Shown here one piece after another: positions 1-9,505 of a stretch of DNA of 64,000 nucleotides; positions within the stretch are counted from its first letter, which is position 1; the number at the start of each line of letters is the position of its first letter. The position numbers and the translations under genes were made by a program. The notes beneath the pieces were generated by a model. The model made no database searches. It saw nothing but the letters and a program-made list of their open reading frames with translations, and was not told the origin of the DNA. The DNA is from Ilumatobacteraceae bacterium (lineage in GTDB: Bacteria; Actinomycetota; Acidimicrobiia; Acidimicrobiales; Ilumatobacteraceae), in contig CAWKMO010000012.1 of the NCBI GenBank assembly GCA_963850755.1, forward strand, positions 56,506-120,505, in the 5' to 3' direction.

Positions 1-1376
1 CACGGTTGGCGATCACCCTGCTTGGGCAGCATCGGCATCATGCGTTGCATGTAGCCGGAGGAGAAGCCTTCGATCCATGGGCGGCGTGGCATGCCGGCGT
101 CGGAGTGGCGCAGTCGCGGCGTGCACTGATCAGTCCCGGTTGCCGCCATGTGGTTCAGGAGTCGGCACACGTATCGAGCGATCATGTCGCTCCGCAGGGT
201 CCAGGAGGCGTTGATGTAGCCGAAGGTGGAGACCATATTGGGAACGTCGCTGTAGGCGACGCCCTTGTACGTGAAGGTCTGTGAGAAGTCGACCGGCTCC
301 CCGTCGACCTCGAAGTCCATCTCGCCGAGCGTCACCAGTTGCAAGCCGGTCGCGGTGACGATGATGTCGGCCTCGAGCTCGGCTCCGGAACGCAACACGA
401 TCCCGCCCGGACTGATCGTCTCGATGTGATCGGTGACGACCGAGGCCTTGCCGGACATGATCGCCTCGTACAGGTCGCCGTTGGGGATCAGGCACAAGCG
501 CTGATCCCACGGGTTGTACGAGGGCGTGAAATGTGCCGCGGTCGTCTCGTCCCCGAGGGCCTTGCGGACGCCGCCGAGCATCAGCTCGCGCGTCTTGTCG
601 GGATGCGTTCGCGTACGGCCATAGAAGAACTGCCCGAGGGCGATGTTCTTGCGACGCGTGATCCTGTAGGCGACGGAGTCGGGCAACACCTTGCTCAGTC
701 GGCGAGCGATCGCATCGCGATCGGGCCGGGCCACGACGTATGTCGGCGAGCGCTGAAGCATCGTGATGTGCTCGACGTCGGGCGCCATCGCCGGCACGAG
801 CGTCATCGCCGTCGCCCCGGAACCGATCACCACCACGCGCTTGCCGCCGTAGTCGAGATCGTCCGGCCAGCGTTGCGGGTGCACGACCTGACCCTCGAAC
901 CGCTCGATGCCTGGCAGCTCGGCCGCATAACCGCTCTTGTACGAGTAGTACCCGGAGCACATGAAGAGGAACGAGCACGAGATCTCGACCGCGTCTCCGT
1001 CATCGGTGCGGTGCGCCCGAACCGTCCAAAGCCCCTCGTCGGTCGACCATGCTGCGGCGTCGACGTGATGCCTGTAGCGGACGTGACGCTCGACGCCATT
1101 CTCGTCGGCCGTCTCCTGCAGGTAGGCCAGGATCGCCTCCCCACCGGCGATCGACTGCTCATGTGTCCACGGCTTGAACGAGTAGCCCAGCGTGTACATG
1201 TCGCTGTCGGATCGCACCCCGGGATAGCGGAACAGGTCCCACGTTCCGCCCAGCGTCTCGCGGCCCTCGAGGATCACGAACGACCGATCAGGACACTCGC
1301 GCATGAGATGGCAGGCGGCGCCGATGCCGGACAACCCGGCGCCGACGATCACGACGTCGAAGTGCTCGCGTGCCAT
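1..1376 (-). CDS. FAD-containing Baeyer-Villiger monooxygenase, EthA family (runs off the window start)
   Basis: Read manually because it is absent from the ORF track: MAREHFDVVIVGAGLSGIGAA (GxGxxG), WDLFRYPGVRSDSDMYT, and C-terminal SSGYMQR..LPKQGDRQP typical of EthA-like FMOs. Confidence 0.9.
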   Translation of the reverse strand, partial: MAREHFDVVIVGAGLSGIGAACHLMRECPDRSFVILEGRETLGGTWDLFRYPGVRSDSDMYTLGYSFKPWTHEQSIAGGEAILAYLQETADENGVERHVRYRHHVDAAAWSTDEGLWTVRAHRTDDGDAVEISCSFLFMCSGYYSYKSGYAAELPGIERFEGQVVHPQRWPDDLDYGGKRVVVIGSGATAMTLVPAMAPDVEHITMLQRSPTYVVARPDRDAIARRLSKVLPDSVAYRITRRKNIALGQFFYGRTRTHPDKTRELMLGGVRKALGDETTAAHFTPSYNPWDQRLCLIPNGDLYEAIMSGKASVVTDHIETISPGGIVLRSGAELEADIIVTATGLQLVTLGEMDFEVDGEPVDFSQTFTYKGVAYSDVPNMVSTFGYINASWTLRSDMIARYVCRLLNHMAATGTDQCTPRLRHSDAGMPRRPWIEGFSSGYMQRMMPMLPKQGDRQP

Positions 1377-1398
1377 CACCCGGATAAGCCCGCGACAA

Positions 1399-2391
1399 TC
1401 AGGCGAGATTTTCGCCGTCGAAGATCTCGCTGACGCTGGTGTCGTCGAACACTGCGCTGAGGGCCTCGGCGATGATGCCTGCCACCGACAGCACCTCGAT
1501 CTGCGGGATCTGCTTCTCGGGCGGGAGCGGCAGCGTGTTGGTGAGCACGATGCGAGCGATCGGCGAGTTCTTGAGCCGATCGACGGCCGGGCCCGACAGC
1601 ACCCCGTGGGTGGCCATCGCCCACACCTCGGTGGCGCCGCGCTGGAGCAGGATCTCGGCCGCGGCCACGATCGTGCCACCGGTGTCGATCATGTCGTCGG
1701 TCAGGATGCACAGGCGACCTTTGACGTCACCGATCACCTCGCGCGCCTCGACCACGTTGGTGGCGCCCTTCGGGCGGCGCTTGTAGATGAAGGCGATGTC
1801 GGCGTCGCAGTCGTGCAGGTGCTGGGCCATCCGCTCGGCGACCTTGATCCGGCCCGAGTCGGGCGACACGATGACCGGCGAGTCGGGCGCCTGTTGGCGG
1901 ACGTATGCCTCGAGCACAGGCGTGGCGGTGAGGTGATCGACCGGTCCTTCGAAGAAGCCCTGGATCTGCCCGGAGTGGAGGTCGATCGAGATCATGCGCT
2001 TGGCGCCGGCCGCCTTGAACATGTCGGCGACGAGTCGCGCCGTGATCGGCTCGCGACCTTCGGCCTTGCGGTCTTGGCGGGCATATCCGTAGAACGGACA
2101 GACGGCGGTGATCCGTTTGGCCGACGCCCGATAGGCAGCGTCGATCATGATCAGCTGCTCGACGATCGAATCGTTGATCGAGCGCCCGTCGATCCCGTAG
2201 TGGGTCTGCATGATGAACACGTCGCTGCCGCGCACGCTCTCGGCGAACCGCGGCCGGATCTCGCCGTTGGCGAACTCGACGATGTTGGGCTCGCCGAGCG
2301 GCTGACCCAGGTGTGCGGCCACCTCCTCCGCCAGGGCGGGGTGCGTTCGCCCCGAGTAGAGAGCGAGCTTCTTGGTGGTGACCTTCTCCAT
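1399..2391 (-). CDS. prs: Ribose-phosphate pyrophosphokinase
   Basis: FANGEI, YARQDRK, DLHSGQIQGFF and DDMIDTGGT motifs; start at MEKVTT with GGGAGGGG RBS. Confidence 0.97.
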   Translation of the reverse strand: MEKVTTKKLALYSGRTHPALAEEVAAHLGQPLGEPNIVEFANGEIRPRFAESVRGSDVFIMQTHYGIDGRSINDSIVEQLIMIDAAYRASAKRITAVCPFYGYARQDRKAEGREPITARLVADMFKAAGAKRMISIDLHSGQIQGFFEGPVDHLTATPVLEAYVRQQAPDSPVIVSPDSGRIKVAERMAQHLHDCDADIAFIYKRRPKGATNVVEAREVIGDVKGRLCILTDDMIDTGGTIVAAAEILLQRGATEVWAMATHGVLSGPAVDRLKNSPIARIVLTNTLPLPPEKQIPQIEVLSVAGIIAEALSAVFDDTSVSEIFDGENLA

Positions 2392-2431
2392 GTGGTCGCC
2401 CCTCCCCGGGCGTGATGGGCTCGGCACTGGA

Positions 2432-3520
2432 TTACTCGCCTGTAGTCGCAGTGTAGAACGCTCCCGTGACCGCGCCTGCCACCACGGTCGAACCCGACGG
2501 GAGATGGGCGAACGGCCCGACCTGGGCACCGTCGCCGATCTCGGCGTCGAGGCCGACGGTGTGGCGAACGGTGCAGTCGCGGCCGACGATGCAGTCGGCG
2601 AGCTGGGTGTTCGGGCCGAGATCGGTGCCGTCGGCGACGACCGTGTCGCCCTGCAGGATCGTGCCCGGGTAGATCGTGACGTCACGCCCGAGCTTGACCG
2701 TGACGTCGATGAAGGTCTGGCGCGGATCGAGCATCGTCACCCCGTTGAGCAACCAGTGCCGATTGGTGCGGTTGCGGAACTCGCGCTCGGCCATCGCCAG
2801 CTGCCAGCGGTCGTTGACGCCTTGCGTCTCCCGTGCCGACGCCTGCACCGCTCCGACGCGGTGGCCCATCGCCGCCAGTCCTCCGATCACGTCGGTGAGG
2901 TAGAACTCGGACTGGGAGTTGTTGGTGGTGAGGTTGCGCAGTGCCGGCCCCAGCAGGTCGCGCCGGAAGGCGTAGACCCCCATGTTCGATTCCTTGATGT
3001 CGAGCTCGTCGGGGCTGGCGTCGCGCTGCTCGACGATGCGGAGGACGCGCCGATCGCTGGCGCGCACCACGCGGCCGTAGCCGGTGGGATCGTCGAGCAT
3101 GCTGGTGAGCAACGTCGCCGCGTTGGCATTGGCGACGTGGGTCGAGACCAGTTCGTCGAGCGTTTCGGCCGCCAGCAACGGGGTGTCGCCGGGCACGACG
3201 ACCACGATCGCATCGTCGTCGTAGTCGTCGCCGCCGAGCGCCGTCATGCCGATCGCAGTGGCGTCGCCGGTGCCGAGCTGCTCGACCTGTTCGGCGAAGG
3301 CGACGTTGGCCCACGCCGGGGAGCTCTCCTGGACACACTTGGTGACCTGCTCGGCGCCATGACCGACGACGACGACGGTTCGCACCGGGTGCAGCCGCTC
3401 GAGGGCATGGATGACGTGCAGCACGAGCGGTCGACCGCAGATGCGGTGGAGCGGTTTGGGGCGTTCGGACCGCATGCGGGTACCGGCGCCGGCGGCCAGG
3501 AGGATTGCTGAAACTGACAT
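2432..3520 (-). CDS. glmU: GlmU-type N-acetylglucosamine-1-phosphate uridyltransferase, C-terminally truncated
   Basis: ILLAAGAGTRMRS..PK.LH, EQLGTG, YGR, EFYLTD and GVNDR motifs; only a few hexapeptide turns; 362 aa; conserved tRNA-Gln-glmU-prs order. Confidence 0.9.
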   Translation of the reverse strand: MSVSAILLAAGAGTRMRSERPKPLHRICGRPLVLHVIHALERLHPVRTVVVVGHGAEQVTKCVQESSPAWANVAFAEQVEQLGTGDATAIGMTALGGDDYDDDAIVVVVPGDTPLLAAETLDELVSTHVANANAATLLTSMLDDPTGYGRVVRASDRRVLRIVEQRDASPDELDIKESNMGVYAFRRDLLGPALRNLTTNNSQSEFYLTDVIGGLAAMGHRVGAVQASARETQGVNDRWQLAMAEREFRNRTNRHWLLNGVTMLDPRQTFIDVTVKLGRDVTIYPGTILQGDTVVADGTDLGPNTQLADCIVGRDCTVRHTVGLDAEIGDGAQVGPFAHLPSGSTVVAGAVTGAFYTATTGE

Positions 3521-3566
3521 GTGCAGCCTCGATGTTGGCAGGGGAGTGGATGAGTTGGCTCGCGGG

Positions 3567-3637
3567 CTCCGGGGAGAGGATTCGAACCCCTATACGCGGC
3601 ACCAAAAACCGCTGTCCTACCATTGAACGACCCCGGA
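3567..3637 (-). tRNA. tRNA-Gln(TTG)
   Basis: Cloverleaf: TCCGGGG/CCCCGGA acceptor stem, anticodon stem GCGGT/GCCGC with loop TTTTGGT, GGTTCGAATCC T-arm. Confidence 0.95.
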
Positions 3638-3696
3638 CGGTCGCTCGCCGGGCGAGCCGGCCGCAGCGGCAATCACGGTAGCGGGCGCGTCTCGCC

Positions 3697-3943
3697 GGGC
3701 GGCGGCTCACAATAAAGCTGATGGCCACGCCCGACCGAGACCCGCCGTCGAACCGGCTGACGCGTCGGGCGAGCGTCGAAGCGGAGCGGGAGACGGCGAG
3801 CTCGGCAGGTGGTGGCGATCAGCTTGCTGTGAGCCGCCGCCCGACCAGACCCGGTAACCGGCTGAGGTGGGCGAGCGTCGAAGCGGAGCGGAGACGGCGA
3901 GCTCGGCAGGTGGTGGCGATCAGCTTGCTGTGAGCCGCCGCCC
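3697..3943. repeat. Intergenic hairpin repeat family A, two tandem units plus an inverted terminal copy
   Basis: GGGCGAGCGTCGAAGCGGAGCG(G)GAGACGGCGAGCTCGGCAGGTGGTGGCGATCAGCTTGCTGTGAGCCGCCGCCC occurs twice; 3697-3728 is a near-perfect reverse complement of its last ~31 nt. Confidence 0.85.
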
Positions 3944-3999
3944 AAATGGGATGGCCCCGTGTCGGACGGGGCCGTCGAGACGGTAGCGTGGCGATCCTT

Positions 4000-4092
4000 A
4001 TGGGTTCGCTCGTCAAGAAGCGCCGCAAGCGGATGCGCAAGAAGAAGCACAAGAAGATGCTTCGTCGTACGCGTCACCAGCGTCGCAAATAG
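4000..4092 (+). CDS. 30S ribosomal protein bS22 (AURKAIP1/COX24-domain, 30 aa)
   Basis: MGSLVKKRRKRMRKKKHKKMLRRTRHQRRK matches the actinobacterial bS22 pattern; below the ORF-track cutoff. Confidence 0.93.
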   Translation: MGSLVKKRRKRMRKKKHKKMLRRTRHQRRK

Positions 4093-4125
4093 CTCCAGTC
4101 AGTCCGACTGCCGACGAGCCGCTCC

Positions 4126-4882
4126 TCAGCCGAGAACGCCAGGGACGGTCCGCGCGGCCACGATCTCGGCGCCCTCGTCGCTCAATTCGGCGAGGGCGTT
4201 GCTGTGTTCGCCGGGCACCCACCACGTGGCGCCGCTCCCGGCCAGCACCGGCGACTCGCCACATGCATCGCCGATCCGGTCGCGCCAACGGGCGAGCTCG
4301 GGCTCGACCCGGATCGCTGCCGGCTCGAGGTCGTTGGGCCCGTCGGCCGTGGGGCCGCCGAGCTCGTCCCAGGCGCGGTAGGCGGCTGGCGGTGCTGACC
4401 ACCAGCGGGGGCACGATCAGCGTCACGAGTTGCTCGACGAACGGCAGCGGCTCGACGATCTCACCGATGCCGCTGACCCTGGCACGGCCGCCGACCAGGC
4501 AGAACGACACGTCGGCACCGATGATGGCGGCGGCGACCGGGTCGTCGAAGCCGGCCCAGCGCAGCACCGCGGCGGCGTCGCTCGAGCCGCCCCCGAGCCC
4601 GCCTCCGTGCGGGATGCGCTTGTCGACCGTGACGTGGGCACGACGCTCGACGAGCCACAACGCCTTGGCGACGAGGTTGCGGTCGTCGGTGGGCACCCCC
4701 GCCGCGTAGCGGCCGGTCGCCGACACGCCGTCACCGGCGGGGTCGATCGTCACGACGTCGTGCAACGACAGGCTGACCATCTCGGCGTCGATCAGGTGGT
4801 AACCGTCGGCGCGCACGCCGGTGATCCTCAGCGACAACGTCAACTTGGCCGGCGCCTCCAGCGTGGCTGTTCCGGCGCTCAT
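4126..4882 (-). CDS. ispE: 4-diphosphocytidyl-2-C-methyl-D-erythritol kinase (one frameshift near 4385)
   Basis: APAKLTLSL, KRIPHGGGLGGGSSDAA, GADV, then NDLE and LAGSGAT in the shifted frame. Confidence 0.92.
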
Positions 4883-5700
4883 GTCACGCTGACGCTCTGG
4901 GCGCTCGCCAGCCGTACCCAATCGGGCAGACCGAGCTGCTCGGGGCGTGCCTCGGGCGACACGCCGGCGGCCTCGAACACGGCGGGAGCGACGAGTTCGG
5001 CGAGCGATCGTCGCAGCATCTTGCGACGCTGCCCGAACGCGGTCCGGACCAAGCTGAACATGAGCTCGCGATCCACGTCCGGCGGATCGCGGCGGTCGAT
5101 GCGAACCAGCGCCGATTCCACGTTGGGACGGGGAACGAAGACCGACGCCGGCACGTGGCCGACGATCCGGGCGGAGCCCCAGTAGGCGACCTTCACGGTG
5201 ACCGCCCCGTACTGCTTGCTGCCGGGCGCCGCCGCCAACCGCTCGGCCACCTCGCGCTGGACCATGACGAGCATCGATGTGATCGCCGGGACGTCGTCGA
5301 GCAGATCGCACACGAGCGGTGTGGCCACGTTGTACGGCAGGTTGGCGACCAGCGTCCAGCGTGCGCTGCCGGCGAGCAGCGCCGGCCAGTCGGCTCTGGT
5401 GGCGTCGGCCTCGACGACCGTGACGTCGGGGAGGTGGGCGACGACGTCGCGGAGCACCGGCACCATGCCGCGGTCGACCTCGACGGCGGTGATGGCCGCC
5501 CCGGTCTCGGCCAAGGCGAGGGTCAGTGATCCGAGGCCGGCGCCGATCTCGATCACGTGGTCGCCGGCGCCGACGGCCGCCAGGGCGGCGATCTTGCGAA
5601 CGGTGTTGGGATCGCCGACGAAGTTCTGCCCGAGGTCGCGTCGCGGTGCGAGGCCGGATTGGTCGAGGAGCTCGTGAAGGCGGCCGCGGGAGTGGGTCAC
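4879..5700 (-). CDS. rsmA: 16S rRNA adenine dimethyltransferase
   Basis: LGQNF, VIEIGAGLGSLT, ANLPYNVA, F.P.PNVES and AFGQRRKMLR motifs. Confidence 0.96.
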   Translation of the reverse strand: MTHSRGRLHELLDQSGLAPRRDLGQNFVGDPNTVRKIAALAAVGAGDHVIEIGAGLGSLTLALAETGAAITAVEVDRGMVPVLRDVVAHLPDVTVVEADATRADWPALLAGSARWTLVANLPYNVATPLVCDLLDDVPAITSMLVMVQREVAERLAAAPGSKQYGAVTVKVAYWGSARIVGHVPASVFVPRPNVESALVRIDRRDPPDVDRELMFSLVRTAFGQRRKMLRRSLAELVAPAVFEAAGVSPEARPEQLGLPDWVRLASAQSVSVT

Positions 5701-6251
5701 GCCGTGACCCAGGTGATCTGGACCGGTACCGGGGCGTCGGTGAGGTCTGCGATCTGGGCGAAGGTCTCGGCGGCGAGCACGACGTCGGACTCGGGCTCGG
5801 GCCCGCCGATCGACGCCACGCATTGCACGCTGCGGCTGTTGTCGAGGTTGGTGACCGTCAGCGTGGCGTTGAACGGCACACCCTTGGCATGGCACCGCAA
5901 CGTCGAATCGATCGTGCTGCTGAACGTGGCGACTCCCTTCACCGACTCGGGGAGGCGCGGCACGGCGATCTGGGCCGGCGAGTAGTCGTCGGGCACGGTG
6001 CTGCCGGCGAGGTAGCCGACGGCTGCTGTGCCGAGCGGGCTCGTGTCGTCCGGTGCTTGCGAGCCCTGCACCGACGTCGTCGCGTCGAGCTCGGCGAACG
6101 GCGCCAACGTCGCAGGCAGCGGGGCCACCGAGGCACTGGCCGACGAATCGTCGCCCTTGTCGCGATTGAGCAGGAAGGCCGCCGGGACGGCGATCACGGT
6201 GATCGCCAACGCCAAGGCAACTCGTCGGCGTTGTGCGTAGTCGTGGTCCAT
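5697..6251 (-). CDS. Membrane-anchored protein with a probable degenerate RlpA-like (DPBB) domain
   Basis: N-terminal RRR plus TM helix, Ser/Ala/Pro linker, C-terminal G.AT..CH...PF...LTVTNL.N.RSV.C...TF..IA....VPV.ITW resembling RlpA/DPBB. Confidence 0.5.
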   Translation of the reverse strand: MDHDYAQRRRVALALAITVIAVPAAFLLNRDKGDDSSASASVAPLPATLAPFAELDATTSVQGSQAPDDTSPLGTAAVGYLAGSTVPDDYSPAQIAVPRLPESVKGVATFSSTIDSTLRCHAKGVPFNATLTVTNLDNSRSVQCVASIGGPEPESDVVLAAETFAQIADLTDAPVPVQITWVTA

Positions 6252-6334
6252 GGTCGATTTCCCGTTCCGGCTGACATTCTGGCGCTTCAGCCGGGCGCCG
6301 GGCGGGCAGGGTCGTCCAGGCTACGAACCCGGGG

Positions 6335-7101
6335 CTACGAACCCACCGCCGGGAACGCCGATCGGGCGTTGGCCCAGATGGTGGCGGCGAACTCGTCGAC
6401 GGCGACGCCCTTGAGGTCGGCGACGAAGCTCCCCACGATCGACACCCATGCAGGCTGGTTCGGCTTGCCGCGGTGGGGGACGGGGGCGAGGTACGGGGCA
6501 TCGGTCTCGACCAGGATCCGGTCGAACGGCACGAGGGTCGCCGCCGCCTGGACATCGGTGGCCGACTTGAACGTCACGATGCCCGAGAAGCTCAGAAACG
6601 CCCCGAACTCGAGACAGCGCCGTGCCTCGTCCGGGCCGCCGGTGAAGCAATGGAAGATCGACGCGCTCGGGCGCACCTTCGGCGACGAGGATGTCGAACG
6701 TGTCGGCCCACGCCTCGCGGGTGTGGATCACCAGCGGCAGGGCGCGTTCGTGTGCGAGCTGGATCTGGGCCGCGAACGCAGCGCGTTGGACGTCGCGGGG
6801 CGAGTGGTCGTAGTAGTAGTCGAGCCCGGCTTCACCGACCGCTACCACCCGCGGCTGGTCGAGCAGGTCGGCGATCGAATCGACGCCGTCGATGGCGTCG
6901 TGCGGGTGCAGACCGACGGTGGCCCACACCTCGGAATGGTCGTCGGCGACGGCGATCGCCGCCAGCGAGGTGGCGCGGTCACATCCGACCGTGAGCATCC
7001 CCGTGACGCCGGACTCGATGGCGGCCCGCACGGCCGACGTCCGACCCGCCCGGAATCCGTTCGTCGTGGACGTGGCAGTGCGAGTCGAACCAATCCGTCA
7101 T
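6335..7101 (-). CDS. tatD: TatD-family DNase (frameshifted)
   Basis: DSHCH, GLHPH, VGEAGLDY, IHTRE, FHCF and ETDAPYLAP motifs spread across frames. Confidence 0.93.
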
Positions 7102-7114
7102 CGGGACCAGCCCT

Positions 7115-8620
7115 TCACTTGATGCGCGGGAACAGCGGGTCGCCCTTGATCACTTCGAGCCCGCCGGGGTATCCGCCCCATTCGGCGCCCCCCGGGAGCC
7201 GCTGATCGGCGATGTCGCCCGGGAGGCCGATCCGGCGCCAGATCTCCTGGCTGGTCTCGGGCACGGCCGGGAAGCTGAGCAGGGCGACGATCCGCAGCGC
7301 CTCGAGGGCGTCGCCCATCACGGCGTCGACAGCCGGCCCGGGGTCGGCCTTCCACGGTTCGTTGGCCTCGAGGAAGGCGTTGGTGGCGCGGATCAGCGAC
7401 CAGGTGGCATCGAGCGCTCGCGATGGGGCGACCACATCCCAAGCGGCAGCGGCGCCCTCGTACGCAGCGACGGCAGCGTCGGCGAGGGGGCTGTCGGCGC
7501 GCGGCGCAGGTCCGAGACCCCCACACTTCTTGTCGACCACGGTGGCCACGCGGGAGGCGAGGTTGCCGAGGTTGTTGGCGAGGTCGCTGTTGTAGCGGGC
7601 GACCAGGCCGTCGAAGGTGAAGTCGCCGTCGGACCCGTAGGGAGTCTCGGCCAGCACGAAGTATCGGAACCCGTCGACTCCGACCGTGTCGGTGAGCTCG
7701 AGCGGGTTGACGGCGTTGCCGCCCGACTTGGCCATCTTCTCGCCGCCGACCAGCAGCCACCCGCCGACCGCCCATCCCTTGGGTGGCTCGACGCCTGCCG
7801 ACATCAACATCGCCGGCCAGTAGACGCAGTGGTGACGGATGATGTCCTTGCCGATCAGGTGGTAGTCGACCGGCCACCAGTCGGTGTAGTCCTGATCGGG
7901 GTCGCCGAAGCCGACGGCCGACAGGTAGTTGGTGAGGGCGTCGAACCAGACGTACGCCACGTGGGCCTGGTCCCAGGGCAGGGGGATGCCCCACTGCAGG
8001 CTGGTTCGGCTGACGGAGAAGTCGCGAAGGCCGCCGCGGATGAGGCCGAGCGCCTCCTTCGACCGGTGCTCGGGCTTGATCGCGTTCGGGTGGGCGGCGT
8101 ACCAGTCGAGCAGGCGGTCCTGGAAGCGGCTGAGGCGGAAGAAGTAGTTCTCCTCCTCGTACTCGTCGACCGGTGTGCGGTGGATCGGGCACAGGCCACC
8201 GGGGAGCAACTCGTCGTCGGTGTAGTACTCCTCGCAGCTCACGCAGTACTTGCCGCTGTAGGTGCCGAGCTCGATGTCGCCGGCGTCGTAGCAGCGCTGC
8301 AGCAGCTCGAGCACCGCCCGCCGGTGACGTGGCTCGGTGGTGCGGATGAAGTCGTCGTTGGCGATGTTGAGGCGCTTCCACGCCTCGGCGAACTTGGGTG
8401 CGATCTCGTCGGTGAACTCCTGAGGCTGCTTGCCCACGGCTTCGGCCGCCTGTTGGATCTTCAGCCCGTGCTCGTCGGTGCCGGTGAGGAACTTGACGTC
8501 CTTGCCCAGCAGGCGGTGCCAACGGGTGAGCGCGTCGCCGATGATCGTCGTGTACGCGTGCCCGAGATGGGGCTCGGCGTTGACGTAGTAGATCGGGGTG
8601 GTCACGTAGAACCGGCTCAC
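7115..8620 (-). CDS. metG: Methionine--tRNA ligase (short form)
   Basis: YVTTPIYYVN..PHLGHAY, TGTDEHG, CxxC...CPIH knuckle, YVWFDAL and KMAKS. Confidence 0.97.
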   Translation of the reverse strand: MSRFYVTTPIYYVNAEPHLGHAYTTIIGDALTRWHRLLGKDVKFLTGTDEHGLKIQQAAEAVGKQPQEFTDEIAPKFAEAWKRLNIANDDFIRTTEPRHRRAVLELLQRCYDAGDIELGTYSGKYCVSCEEYYTDDELLPGGLCPIHRTPVDEYEEENYFFRLSRFQDRLLDWYAAHPNAIKPEHRSKEALGLIRGGLRDFSVSRTSLQWGIPLPWDQAHVAYVWFDALTNYLSAVGFGDPDQDYTDWWPVDYHLIGKDIIRHHCVYWPAMLMSAGVEPPKGWAVGGWLLVGGEKMAKSGGNAVNPLELTDTVGVDGFRYFVLAETPYGSDGDFTFDGLVARYNSDLANNLGNLASRVATVVDKKCGGLGPAPRADSPLADAAVAAYEGAAAAWDVVAPSRALDATWSLIRATNAFLEANEPWKADPGPAVDAVMGDALEALRIVALLSFPAVPETSQEIWRRIGLPGDIADQRLPGGAEWGGYPGGLEVIKGDPLFPRIK

Positions 8621-8701
8621 CCACTCGACGCTACCCATCCGTTCGGGGGATGCCGCGCCCGGTTCGCGCCTGCGTACGGGCCTCTCCTAACCTCCCCCGG
8701 C

Positions 8702-9505
8702 GTGCAGGTTGGCTTCGATGCGGCGACGGCCGTGACCCCGGTCGGCGACGGACGATGGTCGGGCCGGATCGACGAAGGTTGGGACATCGCCGGCAACGCC
8801 AACGGCGGCTACCTGCTGGCGCTCGCGGGACGGGCGATCGCCGAGGAGATCGGCCGGCCACCGTTGACCGTCACCGGCCACTACCTGACGCCCGGCCGGC
8901 CCGGCCCGTGCGAGATCGCCGTCGACGTACTGCGCATCGGACGCAGGATGGCGACCGGTCAGGCACGACTGCAGGTCGCCGGCGCCGACGTGCTCGTCGT
9001 GCTCGGCACCTTCGGCCATCAGGTTCCCGGCGGCCCGTCGTTCGTCGACGCCGCGCCTCCCGACCTGCCTGCGTTCGAGGACTGCGTGCGCACTGTGCCG
9101 CCCGCCGAGCACAGCGGTTTCGGCGAACGCGTGCACGTTCGTGTGCATCCGGATGATGCCGGGTTCCGTGACGGGCACCCGAGCGGTCGCGCAGAGATCA
9201 GGGGTTGGTTCACCTTCGGCGACGCTCCACCGGCCGACCAGAGGATCGATGCCATCGGATTGCTCCAGGTCGCCGATGCCTTCGCTCCGGTGTGCTTCAA
9301 CCGGGCCGAGATCCCGGTGGCATGGGCGCCGACGCTGGAGCTCACCGTCCACATCCGGTCGGTTCCCGCTCCCGGGCCGCTGCGATGCCGGTTGAGCAGC
9401 CGGTTCGTCCAGGACGGGATGTTCGAGGAGGACGGCGAGATCTGGGATTCGACCGGAGCGCTGGTCGCCCAGTCGCGTCAGCTGGCGCTCATCCCGCGCG
9501 TCTGA
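8702..9505 (+). CDS. Acyl-CoA thioesterase family (double hot-dog fold)
   Basis: W.IAGNANGGYLLA, APTLELTVH and GEIWDSTGALVAQSRQLA motifs. Confidence 0.85.
   Translation: MQVGFDAATAVTPVGDGRWSGRIDEGWDIAGNANGGYLLALAGRAIAEEIGRPPLTVTGHYLTPGRPGPCEIAVDVLRIGRRMATGQARLQVAGADVLVVLGTFGHQVPGGPSFVDAAPPDLPAFEDCVRTVPPAEHSGFGERVHVRVHPDDAGFRDGHPSGRAEIRGWFTFGDAPPADQRIDAIGLLQVADAFAPVCFNRAEIPVAWAPTLELTVHIRSVPAPGPLRCRLSSRFVQDGMFEEDGEIWDSTGALVAQSRQLALIPRV

Noticed and set aside
6252-6330. c-di-AMP (ydaO) riboswitch upstream of the RlpA-like gene
   Set aside because: Only one hairpin fits in a ~65-nt leader, and the conserved ydaO elements are not recognisable.
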